Shown piece after piece: positions 1-13,356 of a stretch of 64,000 nucleotides of DNA. Each line of letters starts with the position of its first letter. Position 1 is the first letter of the stretch. Both the position numbers and the translations under genes were made by a program. The notes under the pieces are model-generated. The model ran no database searches and was not told the origin of the DNA. It worked only from the letters and a program-made list of their open reading frames with translations. Origin of the DNA: Malacoraja senta (Eukaryota); the NCBI GenBank assembly GCA_038087875.1, contig CM075988.1:6760001-6824000 (forward strand), in the 5' to 3' direction.

Positions 1-57
1 CGCTCCATAGATGCTGCTACACCCGCTGAGTTTCTCCGGCATTTTTCTCTACCTTGG

Positions 58-835
58 ATCTACTGGCTGCTAACCACTTTAACTCCCCTTCCCAACCCTA
101 CACGGACTTTTCTGTCCTTGGCCTTTTCCTTGGCCCTATCCTGCCCTTTCCTATCCTTTTCTCCTCCATTGCCAGAGTACGGCCACACACATCTGGAGGA
201 ACATCACCTCGCATTCCGCATGGGTAGCTTACCAGCCAGAAATTTGAACATAGAATTCTCCAATTTTAAGTGACTGACTTACACACACACACACACCTTC
301 CACTCCCCCCTCCCACCCTTTTTCCTCCCTCTCTACCCCGTGCTCCCCTCCCCGTTCCCCTCCCACCTACATTCTTTACTCTGGCTTCACACTTCACAAC
401 GCTTTCTATACTTGTCTCACACCTTTTTCCTTTTTCACCTCTGGCCTTTGTCCAGCCATTTAACTATCAACAAACCTCTAGTCACCTGTATCCACCTATC
501 ACTTGTGTGGGAAAGAACTGCAGCTGCTGGTTTAAATCAAAGGTAGACACATAATGCGGGAGTAACTCAGCGGGTCGGGCAGCATCTCTGGAGAGAAGGA
601 ATGTGATCAGCCGTGATCACATTGAATGGCGGTGCAGGCTCGAAGGGCCGAATGGCCTACTCCTGCACCTATTTTCTATGTTTCTATGTTTCAACCTATC
701 ACTTGCCAGGCATAATTCTGACCCTCCTTTCTACCTCTCCTACCACTAACAATCTGAAGAAGTAATCTACCAGAAACGACACCTATCCATGTTCTCTAGA
801 GATGCCATCACTTTGTTATTCCAGCACTTTGTGTC
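58..835 (+). mobile_element. Degraded Penelope-like 3' end with a nested insertion at 506-693
   Basis: HFNSPS...LEEHHLAFRMGSL...LNIEFSNFK* followed by a pyrimidine-rich UTR and a decayed hammerhead repeat near 753-782. Confidence 0.7.
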
Positions 836-844
836 TTTTTATCA

Positions 845-2410
845 CAGAAGTTCATAGTTGTTGTCTTGTACAGTGTTCATAGTTTGAAAATGGTAGGGGA
901 AGAAGCTAATCTTCCACCTGGTGGTCAGATTTCTGGCTTCTGTACCTTCTTCCCAATGGTAGAAGTGAAATGAGAGTGTGGCCATGGTGATGTAGGTACT
1001 TGATGATATTTGCTGCCTTTTTGAGGCATGCCTCCTATAGTTCCCTTGAATGGTGGGAGGTCATCTCCTGTGATGGACCAGGCAGTGTCTTTAAAACTCT
1101 CTGAAATCTCAAAGGATTCAACGGACTTTTATTGTCACATGTACCAATTAAGGTACAGTGATATGCAAATTACCGCACAGCCATATGGAAAAAAAGCAAC
1201 AAGACACACAACTATATAAAAGTTAACATAAACATCCACCAAGCAGATTCCCCACTTTCCTCACTGTGGTGGAAGGCAAAAAGTCCAATTTTCTTCCTCT
1301 ATTCTCCCGCGGTCGGGGCAGTCGAACCATCCGTCGGAGCGATCGTAGCTCCCACAGCCGGCGGTCAAAATTCCCGTGTCAGGGCGATTGTAACTCCCGC
1401 GTCGGGGCGATCGAAACTCCCGCGTCGGGGCGATCGAAACTCCCGCGTCGGGGTGGTCGAACCTCCCGCGTCGGGGTGGTCGAACCTCCCGCGGCTTGGA
1501 GTCCCCGAAGTCGGTCTCTGACCAGAGACCGCGGGTTCCGTGATGTTAAAGTCCACAAGCACCCACGGTTGGAGCTCTGAGGTCGATCCCTGGAGAAGGG
1601 ATCTCGAGCTCCGCGATGGTAAGTCCACCGGCACCCGCGATGGAGCTCTCGTCGGTCTCCAGGAAAGGCCGGCAACTCCTCGATGGTAGGCCGCAGTGTG
1701 GGCGGAGATACGATACGGAACAAAATCGCATCTCCGTCGAGGTAAGAGATTAGAAAAAGCTTCCCCCAGCCACCCCCCCCCCCCACATAAAACAAGCTAA
1801 AGAACACTAAAAACATACATTTAACACTTACTACTAAACTCAAGGGAAAGAAAGGACAGACGGACTGTTGGCGAGGCAGCCATTGCTGGCGCCACCCTGT
1901 GGTATATCTACTTTGTTCCTGAGCATTAGTGTTGCCGAGCCTGGCTATGATGCAGACAGTAAGTATGTTATTTGTTGTACTCCTGTTGAGGTTCTATAGT
2001 ATGTTCGTCAACATGCCAAATCTCCTCAATCATCTAAGGAAGTAGCATTGATGGGCTTTCTTTGTATTACGTGTTTCAGAGATATTCACGTCCAGGAATT
2101 TGAAGTGTTGACTCTCTCCAAGGCCAACCCGTTGAAGTGGATGCGTGGATGCTCAGCTTTCCCATTTAAAGTCAATGATCACCTCCGTAGCCTTGCTGAC
2201 AGTGAGATCCAGGATGTTGCTCCAGCACCACTTAATCAGATGTTCAATCTCCCTCCTATACTTTAACGCATCTTTACCCATTATTTGTCCAACAATGGTG
2301 GTATTCTCGACGAATTTATAGACGGCGTTGGAACTGTGTCCGGCTACACAGTCATGGGTGTCGAGTGGGTAGAGCACGGGACTGAGCACACAGCCGTGTG
2401 ATGCTCCTGG
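845..2410 (-). mobile_element. Rex1/Babar-like LINE fragments split by a GC-rich element at ~1105-1903
   Basis: Minus strand LYS.YTHDCVA...KF..TT.VG and ...YFL..LRRFG; related copies at 57150-57770 and 62490-63215 (minus). Confidence 0.65.
1105..1903 (-). mobile_element. GC-rich non-autonomous element with internal 23-bp tandem array (1393-1492); relatives at ~4500-4867, 14096-14453, 50262-51030
   Basis: Shared 5' end related to CCAC.GGGTGGCGC; tail cactgtacctta.ttggtacatgtgacaataaa like the Rex tail; no RT ORF. Confidence 0.65.
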
Positions 2411-2494
2411 GAGTCACTTGAAGCCCTTATTCTCATCATTATATTACAATCAGAGCCTTGAATGTAATTTCTAATGAAAACCCTTGACGGAAAA

Positions 2495-3005
2495 GTGTGG
2501 AGACACAAGGAACTGCAGATGCTGGAATCTTGAGCAAAACACTGAGTGCTGGAGGAACAATGAGTCAGGCAGCATCTGTGGAACGGATGGACTTGTGACG
2601 TTTTGGGTCTGAACCCTTCTTCAGACTGGTTGCAGTAGTGGGGAGAAAGCTGGAGAGGTGGGGGAGGGGCAAAGCCTGGCAAATGAGAAGTAAGTAACAA
2701 AAGCTAGCGGTGGAAAGGAGGCAAAAGTGTATCAGTTAAGGAGAGAAGAGAAGTGAAATACAAAGCCAGAGGAAACTATTTAGCTGGTAGGGGGTGGCGG
2801 GGGGGGGGGGGGGGGGGCAGTGATGATAATAGGGAAATGCTGGATTTGGGGATGGAGCAGGGTAACTGTGGCGGCATGGTGGGAAACTGGGTGTGCAATG
2901 GTGTCGAAGTGGGTTACAGGTAATAGAGAAGGTGGAGGGTGGAGGGAGAAGTAATGACTTAAAACTGGAGAATTCAATGTTCAACCGCTGGTTTGTAAAT
3001 TACTC
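2495..3005 (-). mobile_element. Degraded Penelope-like 3' end
   Basis: LNIEFSSFK terminus at ~2960-2984 and terminal repeat with CTGAAGAAGGG...AAAACGTC at ~2597-2624. Confidence 0.7.
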
Positions 3006-3611
3006 AAAGTACCTAGAGTGTGACTAAATCGTGGAAGAGGAAGTGAATGTAAAATTGAGATTTTGAAGAGCGAAGTATAATTTTAAAAGGCAAAATGAAT
3101 CAGTATTGGTTTCTAAACCACAAAGTTGAATATATTGTCATGAAATTTAGATTTGTTGCTTTTGTATTTGCCCAACACTAAACGTAGTGTTACAATGTTC
3201 CTTTGTCAGCTATTGCAACATTTCCAAATTATATCTGCAGCAAATGTTTGTAAGAATAAAACTTCATTGCACAAACTAATTGTCCCTCGAGGGCTGTTCA
3301 CATCAACATCACCCCAACATCACTTTTTTGCATTTCATTTCAACTTAAATTGTTTCTTTATATGTGCTACATTCTCATCAAATTATTTGGACATTGCCAT
3401 TCTAAAACCAGTTTTACATAGTTCTGGTAGCTAACCGCCACCCCCCTACCTATCTTGACAAGACCTTTGCTCAATAAGGGTCTGAGGGCTCTTTGCTTGG
3501 GGTGGGGAAGGGTTTGTGTTTTCTCATCAGAATTAGCTTTGGATGAGATTGGGACAGTGAAGTATAGGTGTATTCCGAATCTGGCAGGTTCGACAGCCTC
3601 CCTTAGAGTTA

Positions 3612-3917
3612 GTTGGATTGAATTAATTGATTGAAAGATACAGCGTGGAAACAGGCCCTTTGGCCCACTGAGTCCGCGCCAACTCGCAATCACCCCGTAC
3701 ACTAGCACTACCCTGCACACTAGGGACAATTTACAATTTTTTTTCCAGAAGCCAATTAACCTATACGTCTTTTGGAGAGTGGGAGGGAACCGGAGCACCC
3801 GGAGAAAACCCACTCAGTCACAGGGAGGATGTACAGCATCCGTAAAGACAGCAGCCGTAGTCAGGATCGTACCTGGGTCTCTGGCGCTGTAAGGCAGCTA
3901 CTCTACCGCTGTGCCAT
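3612..3917 (-). mobile_element. Same SINE family
   Basis: Aligns by eye to 6669-7033. Confidence 0.75.
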
Positions 3918-4979
3918 CCCTCTACCATTTAAAAGAGCTATTTTAAAATGGGCAGTTTCTTATGACACTCAAAGAGAATGAACAGTCTTATAGTTCCATT
4001 AAAGCCCGTTTTAAAGTTATCTACCCAAGTATTCTAAGTGCTCGGTTTACATTAGACAAAAAAAGATCTATGTTTATGCATGGATTTTCAGATAAGTTAT
4101 ACTTACAAGAAACTAATGTGCTGTAAGGCAATAACAATAATTTTAGTCATGGGAACCCATTGTAGATTTCTGCTGAATCTGGAACAGAGTGCTTTGAAAA
4201 TGTCCTAAGATGGATGGCGTGGAAGAGCAGGGTGATGGGAGGGCTGGTGATCCAGGACTGATGTATTGTCACGGTGAGGGAGTGGATCAGTGCAATCTGG
4301 GCAGGTGAAGGCATATGGTTGTGGTCCAGAAGGAATGGGAGGTGGTGGGTGGGGAAAGGAGTCTGGATTGATCAGGTGCTTGGTCATGAAGGAGGTGTTG
4401 GATGGTATAGTGCGGGGATTGGGGGGTGATCAGGAGAATTAGATGGGTCTCTTGAATTAGTCGGAGGATTTAGGAGAACTAGGGCCTGGGTCCTCATGGG
4501 TTCAAAGGTCTTTTATTGTCACATGTACCAATTAAGGTACAGCGATATTCGATTTTCCGTACAGCCAGACTAAAAAAAAGCAACAAGACACACAACTACA
4601 TAAAAGTTAACATAACCATCCACCACAGCGGATTCTTCACATTCCTCACAGTGATTTAGTTTAGTTTAGTTTAGAGATACAGCGCGGAAAACAGGCCCTT
4701 CGGCCCACCGGGTCCACGCCGACCAGCAATCCCCACACATTAACATTATCCGACAAAAGCTAAAGAACACTAAAACATATATTTAACACATACTATAAAA
4801 CAACAAAGAAGGAATGGACATGACAGACTGTTGGGCGAGGAAGCCATTGCTGGCGCCATCCAGTGGTCAAGACGGTTCTGTGCGAGGCTAGCAGGCTAAA
4901 GAGCTGATGGAAATTGGGGGATAGAGAGTTTTCAGATCATAAACAAATAAGGGAGTTATATTAACTAAGTTCCAGCCCA

Positions 4980-6290
<1,311 letters not shown>

Positions 6291-6668
6291 CACTGTTAGA
6301 TTCAATGGTTATAAAAGCCAGCTCTCCTGGGGATGTAGATCAATGGAAGGACAAATTAGTTCCCTTGCAACATCCAGAAGGAACAACTATTATCGCATTT
6401 TGCTTTCTATTCATTAGTCAGTGGCTAATGCTGAAAGGAATTGAGTTGTGCAATTAATTGTCACAAATGCAAAAACATTCCAGCTGAATCATAACCTTCA
6501 AATGAACAGGCCATTTGTCAAAACATATCACACAATTGCAATCAGCCAAGAGTTTTGCACTAAAGGGAGTTTATGAGCTTCCACGATCAATTCCTTCATA
6601 AAAGCTGGTGATTGCACGGATGCATCAACCTCCCCTGTTCCAGTGTTGTAGTTAACTACTGGTCTATA

Positions 6669-7033
6669 TTAGTTTAGTTTAGTTTAGTTTAGTTTAGTTT
6701 AGAGATCCAGCGGAAACAGGCTCTTCGGCCCACCGGGTCCGCGTCAACCAGTGATCCCCGCACATTAATGCTATCCTACACCCAACATTCTCCTACTATC
6801 CTTTTCAAACACACTAGGGACAATTTTTACATTTACCAAGCCAATTAGCCTACAAGCCAGTACATCTTTGGAGTGTGGGAGGAAACCGAAGATCTCGGGG
6901 AAAACCCACGCAGGTCACGGGGAGAACGTACAAACTCCGCACAGTCTCCACTCCGTAGTCAGGATCGAACCCGGGTCTCCGGCGCTGCATTCGCTGTAAG
7001 GCAGCAACTCTACCGCTGCGCCACCGTGCCGCC
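6669..7033 (-). mobile_element. tRNA-headed SINE (HE1/V-SINE-like) with (CTAAA)n tail
   Basis: A-box GGTGGCGCAGCGG and B-box GGTTCGATCC head, conserved core, tail gggccgaag..cctgtttcc shared with CR1 ends. Confidence 0.8.
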
Positions 7034-7648
7034 CAGATGTAACCTCACACTTACCGAATAGGGAAAGGCCTGACTAAAGTGGATGTGGAGAGGATGTTTC
7101 CACTAGAGGGAGAGTGTCGGACAGGAGGCCATAGCCTCAGAATAAAAGGACGTACCATTAGGAAGGAGATGAGGAGGAATTTCTTTAGTCAAATTCATTG
7201 CCACAGAAGGCTATGGAGGCAGTCAATGGATATTTTTAAGGCAGAGATTGATAGATTCTTGATTAGTATGGGTGTCATGGGGAGAAGGCAGGAGAATGGG
7301 GTTGAGAGGGAAAGATAGATTGAATGGCCTAATCCTGCTCCTATCAACTTATGAACATAAACATCTCACAAGGTTTCCCAATTTTCATCTGCCAGCCAGA
7401 TATTGTACTGAGCATTTCAGAGCAGAACAATGTACTGCTGATTGAAGGCAGCAAATCAGCTTGAAGGGATGGTCAGGATTAAGAACTGTCAACCAAAAAT
7501 GGAAGTGGGAATTGGAGAATGAGTATTGCTACTTTGGCTATCATGTGCAATGAGAAAAAATTATGTTCATTCAAACGCCCTCACGTCGGTGGTGATAGCC
7601 ATGTACCTGTAGATCTACACGTTTCACACTATTATGCCAAATGATTAC

Positions 7649-7669
7649 CTTGTGATTTGCAGGTGGCAT
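7649..7669 (-). CDS. Candidate 21-nt micro-exon
   Basis: cctttcttgtttatttacag|ATGCCACC...CACAAG|gtaatc; phase 0 MPPANHK, phase 1 (D)ATCKSQ. Confidence 0.42.
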
Positions 7670-7769
7670 CTGTAAATAAACAAGAAAGGATTAATCGTGT
7701 TACCGATATGAATTAACTCAGAACTGCCCTCAATCCGGCCTTTAAAATACTTGCAAACCAATTAAATGT

Positions 7770-8480
7770 TAAGCAAAACACAAAGTGTTGGGGGAATCCA
7801 CGGGGTCAGGCAGCATCTGTGGTGTGGATGGACGGATGATACTTCTGGTCAGGACTCTTCTTAAGACTGATAATTGGAGTAAGTGGAAGAAATCTGGAAA
7901 AGTGAAGTAGTGGTGGGACAAAGCAGGGCAAGTGATGATAGGTGGATACAGGTGAAGTGTGACAGGTAAATGAGTGGAGTAAGTGACAGAGGTGCAGAGG
8001 AGACAAAAGGATGTCAGATACGGACATCTAAAGTGTGAGGGTGCGATAGGGGTGGAAAGGGACTGGTGATAGGGCAAAGGAAAACATGGGACTTGGGGAT
8101 GGGAGATGAGTGGTCAAAGGAGGGGAATAAAAGCAGGGCGATTAGAGTGGTGGGAGATAGGGGGTGTCGATGGGAAGAGGCGCGTACATGGGGAGGGAGG
8201 CAGGGAAAAAGTAGGGGGAGCGGTTATTACTTGAAATTGGGGAATTCAATCTTCATACCGTTGGGTTGTAAGCGACCCAAGCAGAATATGAGGTGATGTT
8301 TTTCCAGCCTGCGTGTGTGGCCTCACTCTGGCAATGGAGGAGGCCAAGGACAGAAAGGTCAGTATGGGGATGGGAAGGGGAGTTAAAATGGTTAGCATCG
8401 GGAGATCCAGTAGGTCTTGGTAGACACAGCGCAAGTGTACCACAAAACAGTCGCCTAATCTATGCTTGGTCTTGCCGATG
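7770..8480 (-). mobile_element. Degraded Penelope-like 3' end
   Basis: Same endonuclease C-terminus (8225-8480) and terminal repeat (7770-7870) as the 12-kb and 49-kb copies. Confidence 0.7.
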
Positions 8481-8976
8481 TGAAGACTGCAGCACCTGCA
8501 GTTTCATGAACCAGAATCTCACATCTATCAGAAAATTGATTGTTAACACTGTTGATGCTGTGATGGTCTGGTAGAGTAGATTTTGGAGATGATTACTTAA
8601 TTGAACATGTAACAATTGATACATTTAGGAAGGAGATGAGGAAGAATTTATTTAGTCGGAGGGTGGTGAATCTGTGGAATTCATTGCCACAGAAGATTGT
8701 GGAGGCCAAGTCAATGGATATTTTGAAGGCAGAGATGGATAGATTATTGATTGGTAAGGGTGTCGGGGGTTATGGGGAGAAGACAGGAGAGTGGGGTTGA
8801 GAGGGAGAGATAGATCAGCCATGATTGAATGGTGGTGTGGACTTGATGGGCCAAATGGCCTAATTCTGCTCCTATCATGTATGAATGTATGAAGTCATTA
8901 TGGGCATGAAGTTCTTGGCTTATTTTGTTATATCATTAGTTATCTAGCCAACGCACAACACCAACTGAACACTTAC

Positions 8977-9012
8977 CATTGGATGTGGCACCTTTTGAGG
9001 CAGAGTGGGGAT
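8977..9012 (-). CDS. Candidate 36-nt micro-exon
   Basis: tttcctttatgtttatag|ATCCCCAC...TCCAATG|gtaagt; phase 0 IPTLPQKVPHPM, phase 1 (D)PHSASKGATSN. Confidence 0.45.
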
Positions 9013-9851
9013 CTATAAACATAAAGGAAATCATAGAATGATGTACTTGTAGTGAACAAATATACTAAGAGCATTCAATTCCAATGTCAGATGGGAAGGA
9101 AGTATAAGTGAATCTGCTGTTTGATTTTCTGTCAAAGTTAACGTCATGAACTGAAATTTTCTTTAATTCCAAATTTACATGGAGGGACAAACTCACATCC
9201 GTCAAGTACCCTCGACCCGAAATGTCACCTATTCCTTTTCTCCGGAGATGCTGCCTGACCCACTGAGTTACTTCAACATTTTGCGTCGATCTTCAGTGTA
9301 ACCAGCATCTGCAGTTCCTTCTTAAAGATAATTGTTACAACTGTTGTATAAGTTAGTCTTCGAGGATCACATAACCCTCAAAGAACTAACTTACGCAACA
9401 TGTGTAGGAAGGAAATGCAGATGCTGGTTTAAACTGAAGATTGGCTCGAAAAGCTGGAGTAACTCAGTGGGTCAGGCAGCATCATGGAGAAAATGAATAG
9501 GTGATGCTGTCTGACCCATTGAGTTACTCCAGGTTTTTGTGTCTATCTAAACTTAAACAACAGTTGTTGCCTCAGTCAGTACCTATCCTACAACTATAAA
9601 ACCGCATAGCCTTCTCATCACACCATACCTTGAGTGCGAGGGCCTCTTGTGTCTGGCTGCATCCAGGAAATTAACCATTGACACTGTGTCAAGAGCCCCA
9701 ATATTAATCCCTCATGTGAGAAGTAACCCAAATTTTGGCATTATGAACCTCAAACATTGTGTTACTGTGCCACAAAACTGTCAAATACAAATCTATTTCA
9801 AAGACACACCACCACCCGACTATAACAAACTTTCTACGGCCTTTATCTTAA

Positions 9852-10158
9852 AGGGCCTGTCCCACTGTACGAGGTAATTCAAGAGCTCTCCCGAGTTAAA
9901 AAAAAAATCAAACTCATGGTAAGTACGTAGAATGTACGTAGCGGGTACGTCGGAGCTCGGGTCATCTCTTAGCGGCTCGTAACGCTAACGGCAGGTACTC
10001 GGGAAACGCGGTAAGCTCGTGAAGATTTTTCAACATGGTGAAAAATGTCCACGAGAGCCCCGAGTACCTACGAATGGCTATTACCTTAATTCTCCGAGTT
10101 CGAATCAGGGGAAACTTGGGAGAACCCTTGAATTACCTCGTTCAGTGGGACAGGCCCT
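9852..10158. mobile_element. PIF/Harbinger-type MITE, core A
   Basis: TIR AGGGCCTGTCCCAC...GTGGGACAGGCCCT; TSD TAA/TAA. Confidence 0.85.
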
Positions 10159-10344
10159 TAAGTAAATGTCTACCATCATACTAACACTAATGGAAGAAAT
10201 AGGAATTCTTGCATTATAAAGTCATAGACAGGTACAGCACCCACCAGGCCCTTCAGTGGACTAAGTCCATGCTGACCATCAATCACACATTTACACCATT
10301 CCTACAATAATCCCATTTGTTATTCTTAACATAGTCTCATCATC

Positions 10345-11190
10345 AGATTCCTTCGGGCTTAAGAAGTTTGGCAGCTTCCCAACTACTCTCACCAGCTTCT
10401 ACGGATGCACCGTAGAAAGCATTTTCTCAGGATGCATCACAGCATGGTTGGGTAACAGGTCCGTCACAGACCGCAAGAAATTGCAGAGAGTTGGGGACAT
10501 AGCGCAGAACATCACGCAAACCAATCTCCCTTCCATTGACTACATAAACACTTCACGCCCAGCAAGGCCACCAGCATAATCAACGATGAATCTCACCCGT
10601 CGCTCCCGCTTCTCCCATCTCCATCAGGCAAGAGGTACAGAAATGTGAAAACGCACACCATCAGATTCAGTGTTTAAGAAGGAACTGCAGATGCTGGAAA
10701 AATCGAAGGTAAACAAAAATGCTGGAGAAACTCAGTAGGTGAGGCAGCACCTGTGGAGCGAAGGAATAGGTGACGTTTCGGGTCGAGACCCTTCTTCAGT
10801 CTGATGAAGGGTCTCGATCCGAAACATCACCTATTCCTTCACTCCATAGATGCTGCCTCAGCCGCTGAGTTTCTCCAGCATTTTTGTCTACCATCAGATT
10901 CAGGGACAGTTTTGTCACAGCTGTTATCAGGCAACTGAACCATCCTATCACCCACTAGAGTGGGATCCTGGCTTCTTTACTGGATCCCATCTACCTCATT
11001 GGAAGTCCATCTGTAATTGGACTTTACTGCACTTTATCATGCACTAAACATTTTATTCTCTATCTGTACACTGTGAATGGCCTGGTTGTAATCGTGTATA
11101 GTCTTTCCACTGACTGGATAGCACGCAACAAAAAACGCTTTTCACTGTACCTTGGTACATGTGGCAATAATATAGTAAGCTAAACTAAAA
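10345..11190 (+). mobile_element. Rex1/Babar-like LINE 3' fragment
   Basis: FLR.LKKFG...FY.CTVESI.SGCITAW.GN...DRKKLQRV; tail cactgtaccttggtacatgtggcaataa. Confidence 0.7.
10671..10889. mobile_element. Fold-back PLE-derived mini-element with two hammerhead-like cores (minus 10772-10799, plus 10801-10828)
   Basis: Near-perfect palindrome centred near 10800; perfect 14-bp TSD ACCATCAGATTCAG at 10657-10670 and 10890-10903; inserted in a Rex-like LINE. Confidence 0.8.
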
Positions 11191-11434
11191 CAAAAATCTA
11201 AACAGATTCTACCACTCACCGCGCATATTAAAGCACCAAACCGGACATCTTTGGGCTGAGGGTGGAAAGCGGAACACCTAGGGGAAAACCATACAGGCCA
11301 TATTGTCATCCCAGCTCTGCTATTTATTTACGACTGATTCTGCAGCTCATCTACTTTCCTACCCGAGCCTGGAAAATTCCCATAACAATAAACGTCAGGA
11401 CACTTGGACCCATCACCTAGAGCTCAAGTTCAGG

Positions 11435-11890
11435 GAAGGTGCAGATGATGCTTACGAGAATTATCGTAGGAATTATTGGGTTAACATATGATGAGCGTTT
11501 GACGGCACTGGGACTCTACTCGCTGGAGTTTACGAGGATGAGGGGGGACCTCATTGAAACTGACCGAATAGTGAAGGCCTGGATGGAGTGAATGTGGGGA
11601 GGATGTTTGCACTAGTGGGAGAGTCTAGGACCATAGGCCATAGCCTTCAGAATAAAAGGATGTACTTTAGGAAGGAGATGAGGAAGAACTTCTTTAGTCA
11701 GAGGGTGATGAATCTGTAGAACTCATTGCCACAGACAGCAGTGGAGGCCAAGTCTTGTTTGGTAAGGGAGACAGGGATTATGGGGAGAAGCAGGAGAATG
11801 AGGTTGAGAGGGAAAGTTCTATCAGCCATGATTGAATGGTGGAATGGACTTGATGGGCTGAATGGCCTGATTCTGCTCCTAGTATTTATA
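11435..11890 (+). mobile_element. CR1-like LINE 3' end (similar pieces at ~7060-7360, 8625-8890, 18010-18630, 25190-25630, 40810-41110, 41965-42245, 42790-43150, 43665-44070, 45740-46060, 46580-46790, 59460-59895)
   Basis: LGLYSLE.RMRGDLIE, R.FFSQRV.NLWN.LP and the gggc.gaatggcct tail. Confidence 0.75.
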
Positions 11891-12060
11891 AACTTCTGAA
11901 GTTTCAATTTCAAAGTGCTGGCTGGCAAGACTAGGTACATCCAGGTACTTGAGACATCTCTGTATCAACCCCCAGCTACCTGAGGTGCAGGAGCAGATGT
12001 AACCCAACAAGGAGATGCAGATTGACCTAGTCATTCTCCATACCAATAAGAGCAGTAATA

Positions 12061-12960
12061 GCATCTATGGAACGAAGGAAATAGGCAACGTTTCGGGCCA
12101 AAACCCTTCTTCAGACTGATGTAGGGTGGGGTGGGGGCGGGGGGGGGGTGGTGGTGGGATGAAGAAAGGAAGAGGAGGGGCCAGAGGGCTGAGGGAGAGC
12201 TGAGAAGGGGAGGAGACAATAGGGCTACCGGAAATTGGAGAAGTCAATGTTCATGCCGTTGGGGTATAAACTGCCCAAGCGAAATATGAGGTGCTGCTCC
12301 TCCAATTTCGGTGGTGCTCACTCTGGCCATGGAGGAGGCCCAGGACAGAAAGGTCGGATTCGGAATGGGAGTGGGAGTTGAAGTGCTGGGCCACCGGGAG
12401 ATCAGGTAGGTTATTGCGGACCGAGCAGAGGTGTTCGGCGAAACGATCGCCAAGCCTACACTTGGTCTCACCGATGTAGCTCAGCTGACATCTAGAGCAG
12501 CGGATGCAATAGATGAGGTTGGAGGAGGTGCAGGTGAACCTCTGTCGCACCTGGAATGACTGCTTGGGTCCTTGAATGGAGTCGAGGGGGGAGGTAAAGT
12601 GACAAGTGTAGCATCTCTTGCGGTTGCAAGGGAAAGTGCCCGGGGAGGGGGTGGTATGGGTGGGAAGGGAAGAATTGACCAGGGAGTTACGGAGGGAGCG
12701 GTCTTTACGGAAAGCAGATAGAGGGGGAGATGGGAAGATGTGGCGAGTGGTGGGGTCACATTGAAGGTGGCAAAAATGACGGAGAACTATTTGTTGTATG
12801 TGACGGCTAGTAGGGTGGAAGGTGAGGACTAGGGGGACTCTGCCCTTGTTGCGAGTGGGGGGGATGGGGAGAGAGAGCAGTGTTACGGGGTATTGAAGAA
12901 ACCCTGGTGAGAGACTCATCTATAGTAGGGGAGGGGTGTCCCTGAAGAATGAGGACATTT
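12061..12960 (-). mobile_element. Penelope-like retroelement, 3' part: GIY-YIG endonuclease plus 3' repeat with hammerhead core
   Basis: ORF 12251-12919: VPLVLTFHP...PCNRKRCYTC...FTCTSSNLIYCIRCSRCQLSYIGETKCRLGDRFAEHL (IY..YIGET motif with Cys linker); frameshifted near the end. Confidence 0.9.
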
Positions 12961-13004
12961 CTGATGCCCTGGTGTGTCCTGAATGAGGACATTGGACCCT
13001 GGTT

Positions 13005-13156
13005 CCAAAATTGGGAGCAGCACCTCATATTCCACTTGGGCAGTTTATACCCCAGCGGTGTGAACATTGACTTCTCCAATTTCCCGGTAGCCTTTATTGT
13101 CTCCTCCACTTCTCAGCTCTCCCTCCAGCCCCCTCTGGCTCCTTCTCTTCCTTTCT
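13005..13156 (+). mobile_element. Inverted Penelope 3' fragment abutting the 12061-12960 copy; runs into the assembly gap
   Basis: EQHLIFHLGSLYPSGVNIDFSNF is the same C-terminus as the neighbouring copy, in opposite orientation. Confidence 0.75.
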
Positions 13157-13356
13157 NNNNNNNNNNNNNNNNNNNNNNNNNNNNNNNNNNNNNNNNNNNN
13201 NNNNNNNNNNNNNNNNNNNNNNNNNNNNNNNNNNNNNNNNNNNNNNNNNNNNNNNNNNNNNNNNNNNNNNNNNNNNNNNNNNNNNNNNNNNNNNNNNNNN
13301 NNNNNNNNNNNNNNNNNNNNNNNNNNNNNNNNNNNNNNNNNNNNNNNNNNNNNNNN
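13157..13356. other. Assembly gap (200 N)
   Basis: Run of N. Confidence 1.

Noticed and set aside
1393..1492. 23-bp CpG-rich repeats (and 20-bp repeats at 58333-58390) that look CRISPR-like
   Set aside because: Directly tandem with no unique spacers, inside mobile elements, vertebrate context, no cas genes.
6940..7033. tRNA-like A/B-box sequences
   Set aside because: They are SINE heads continuing into the SINE core; no complete cloverleaf.
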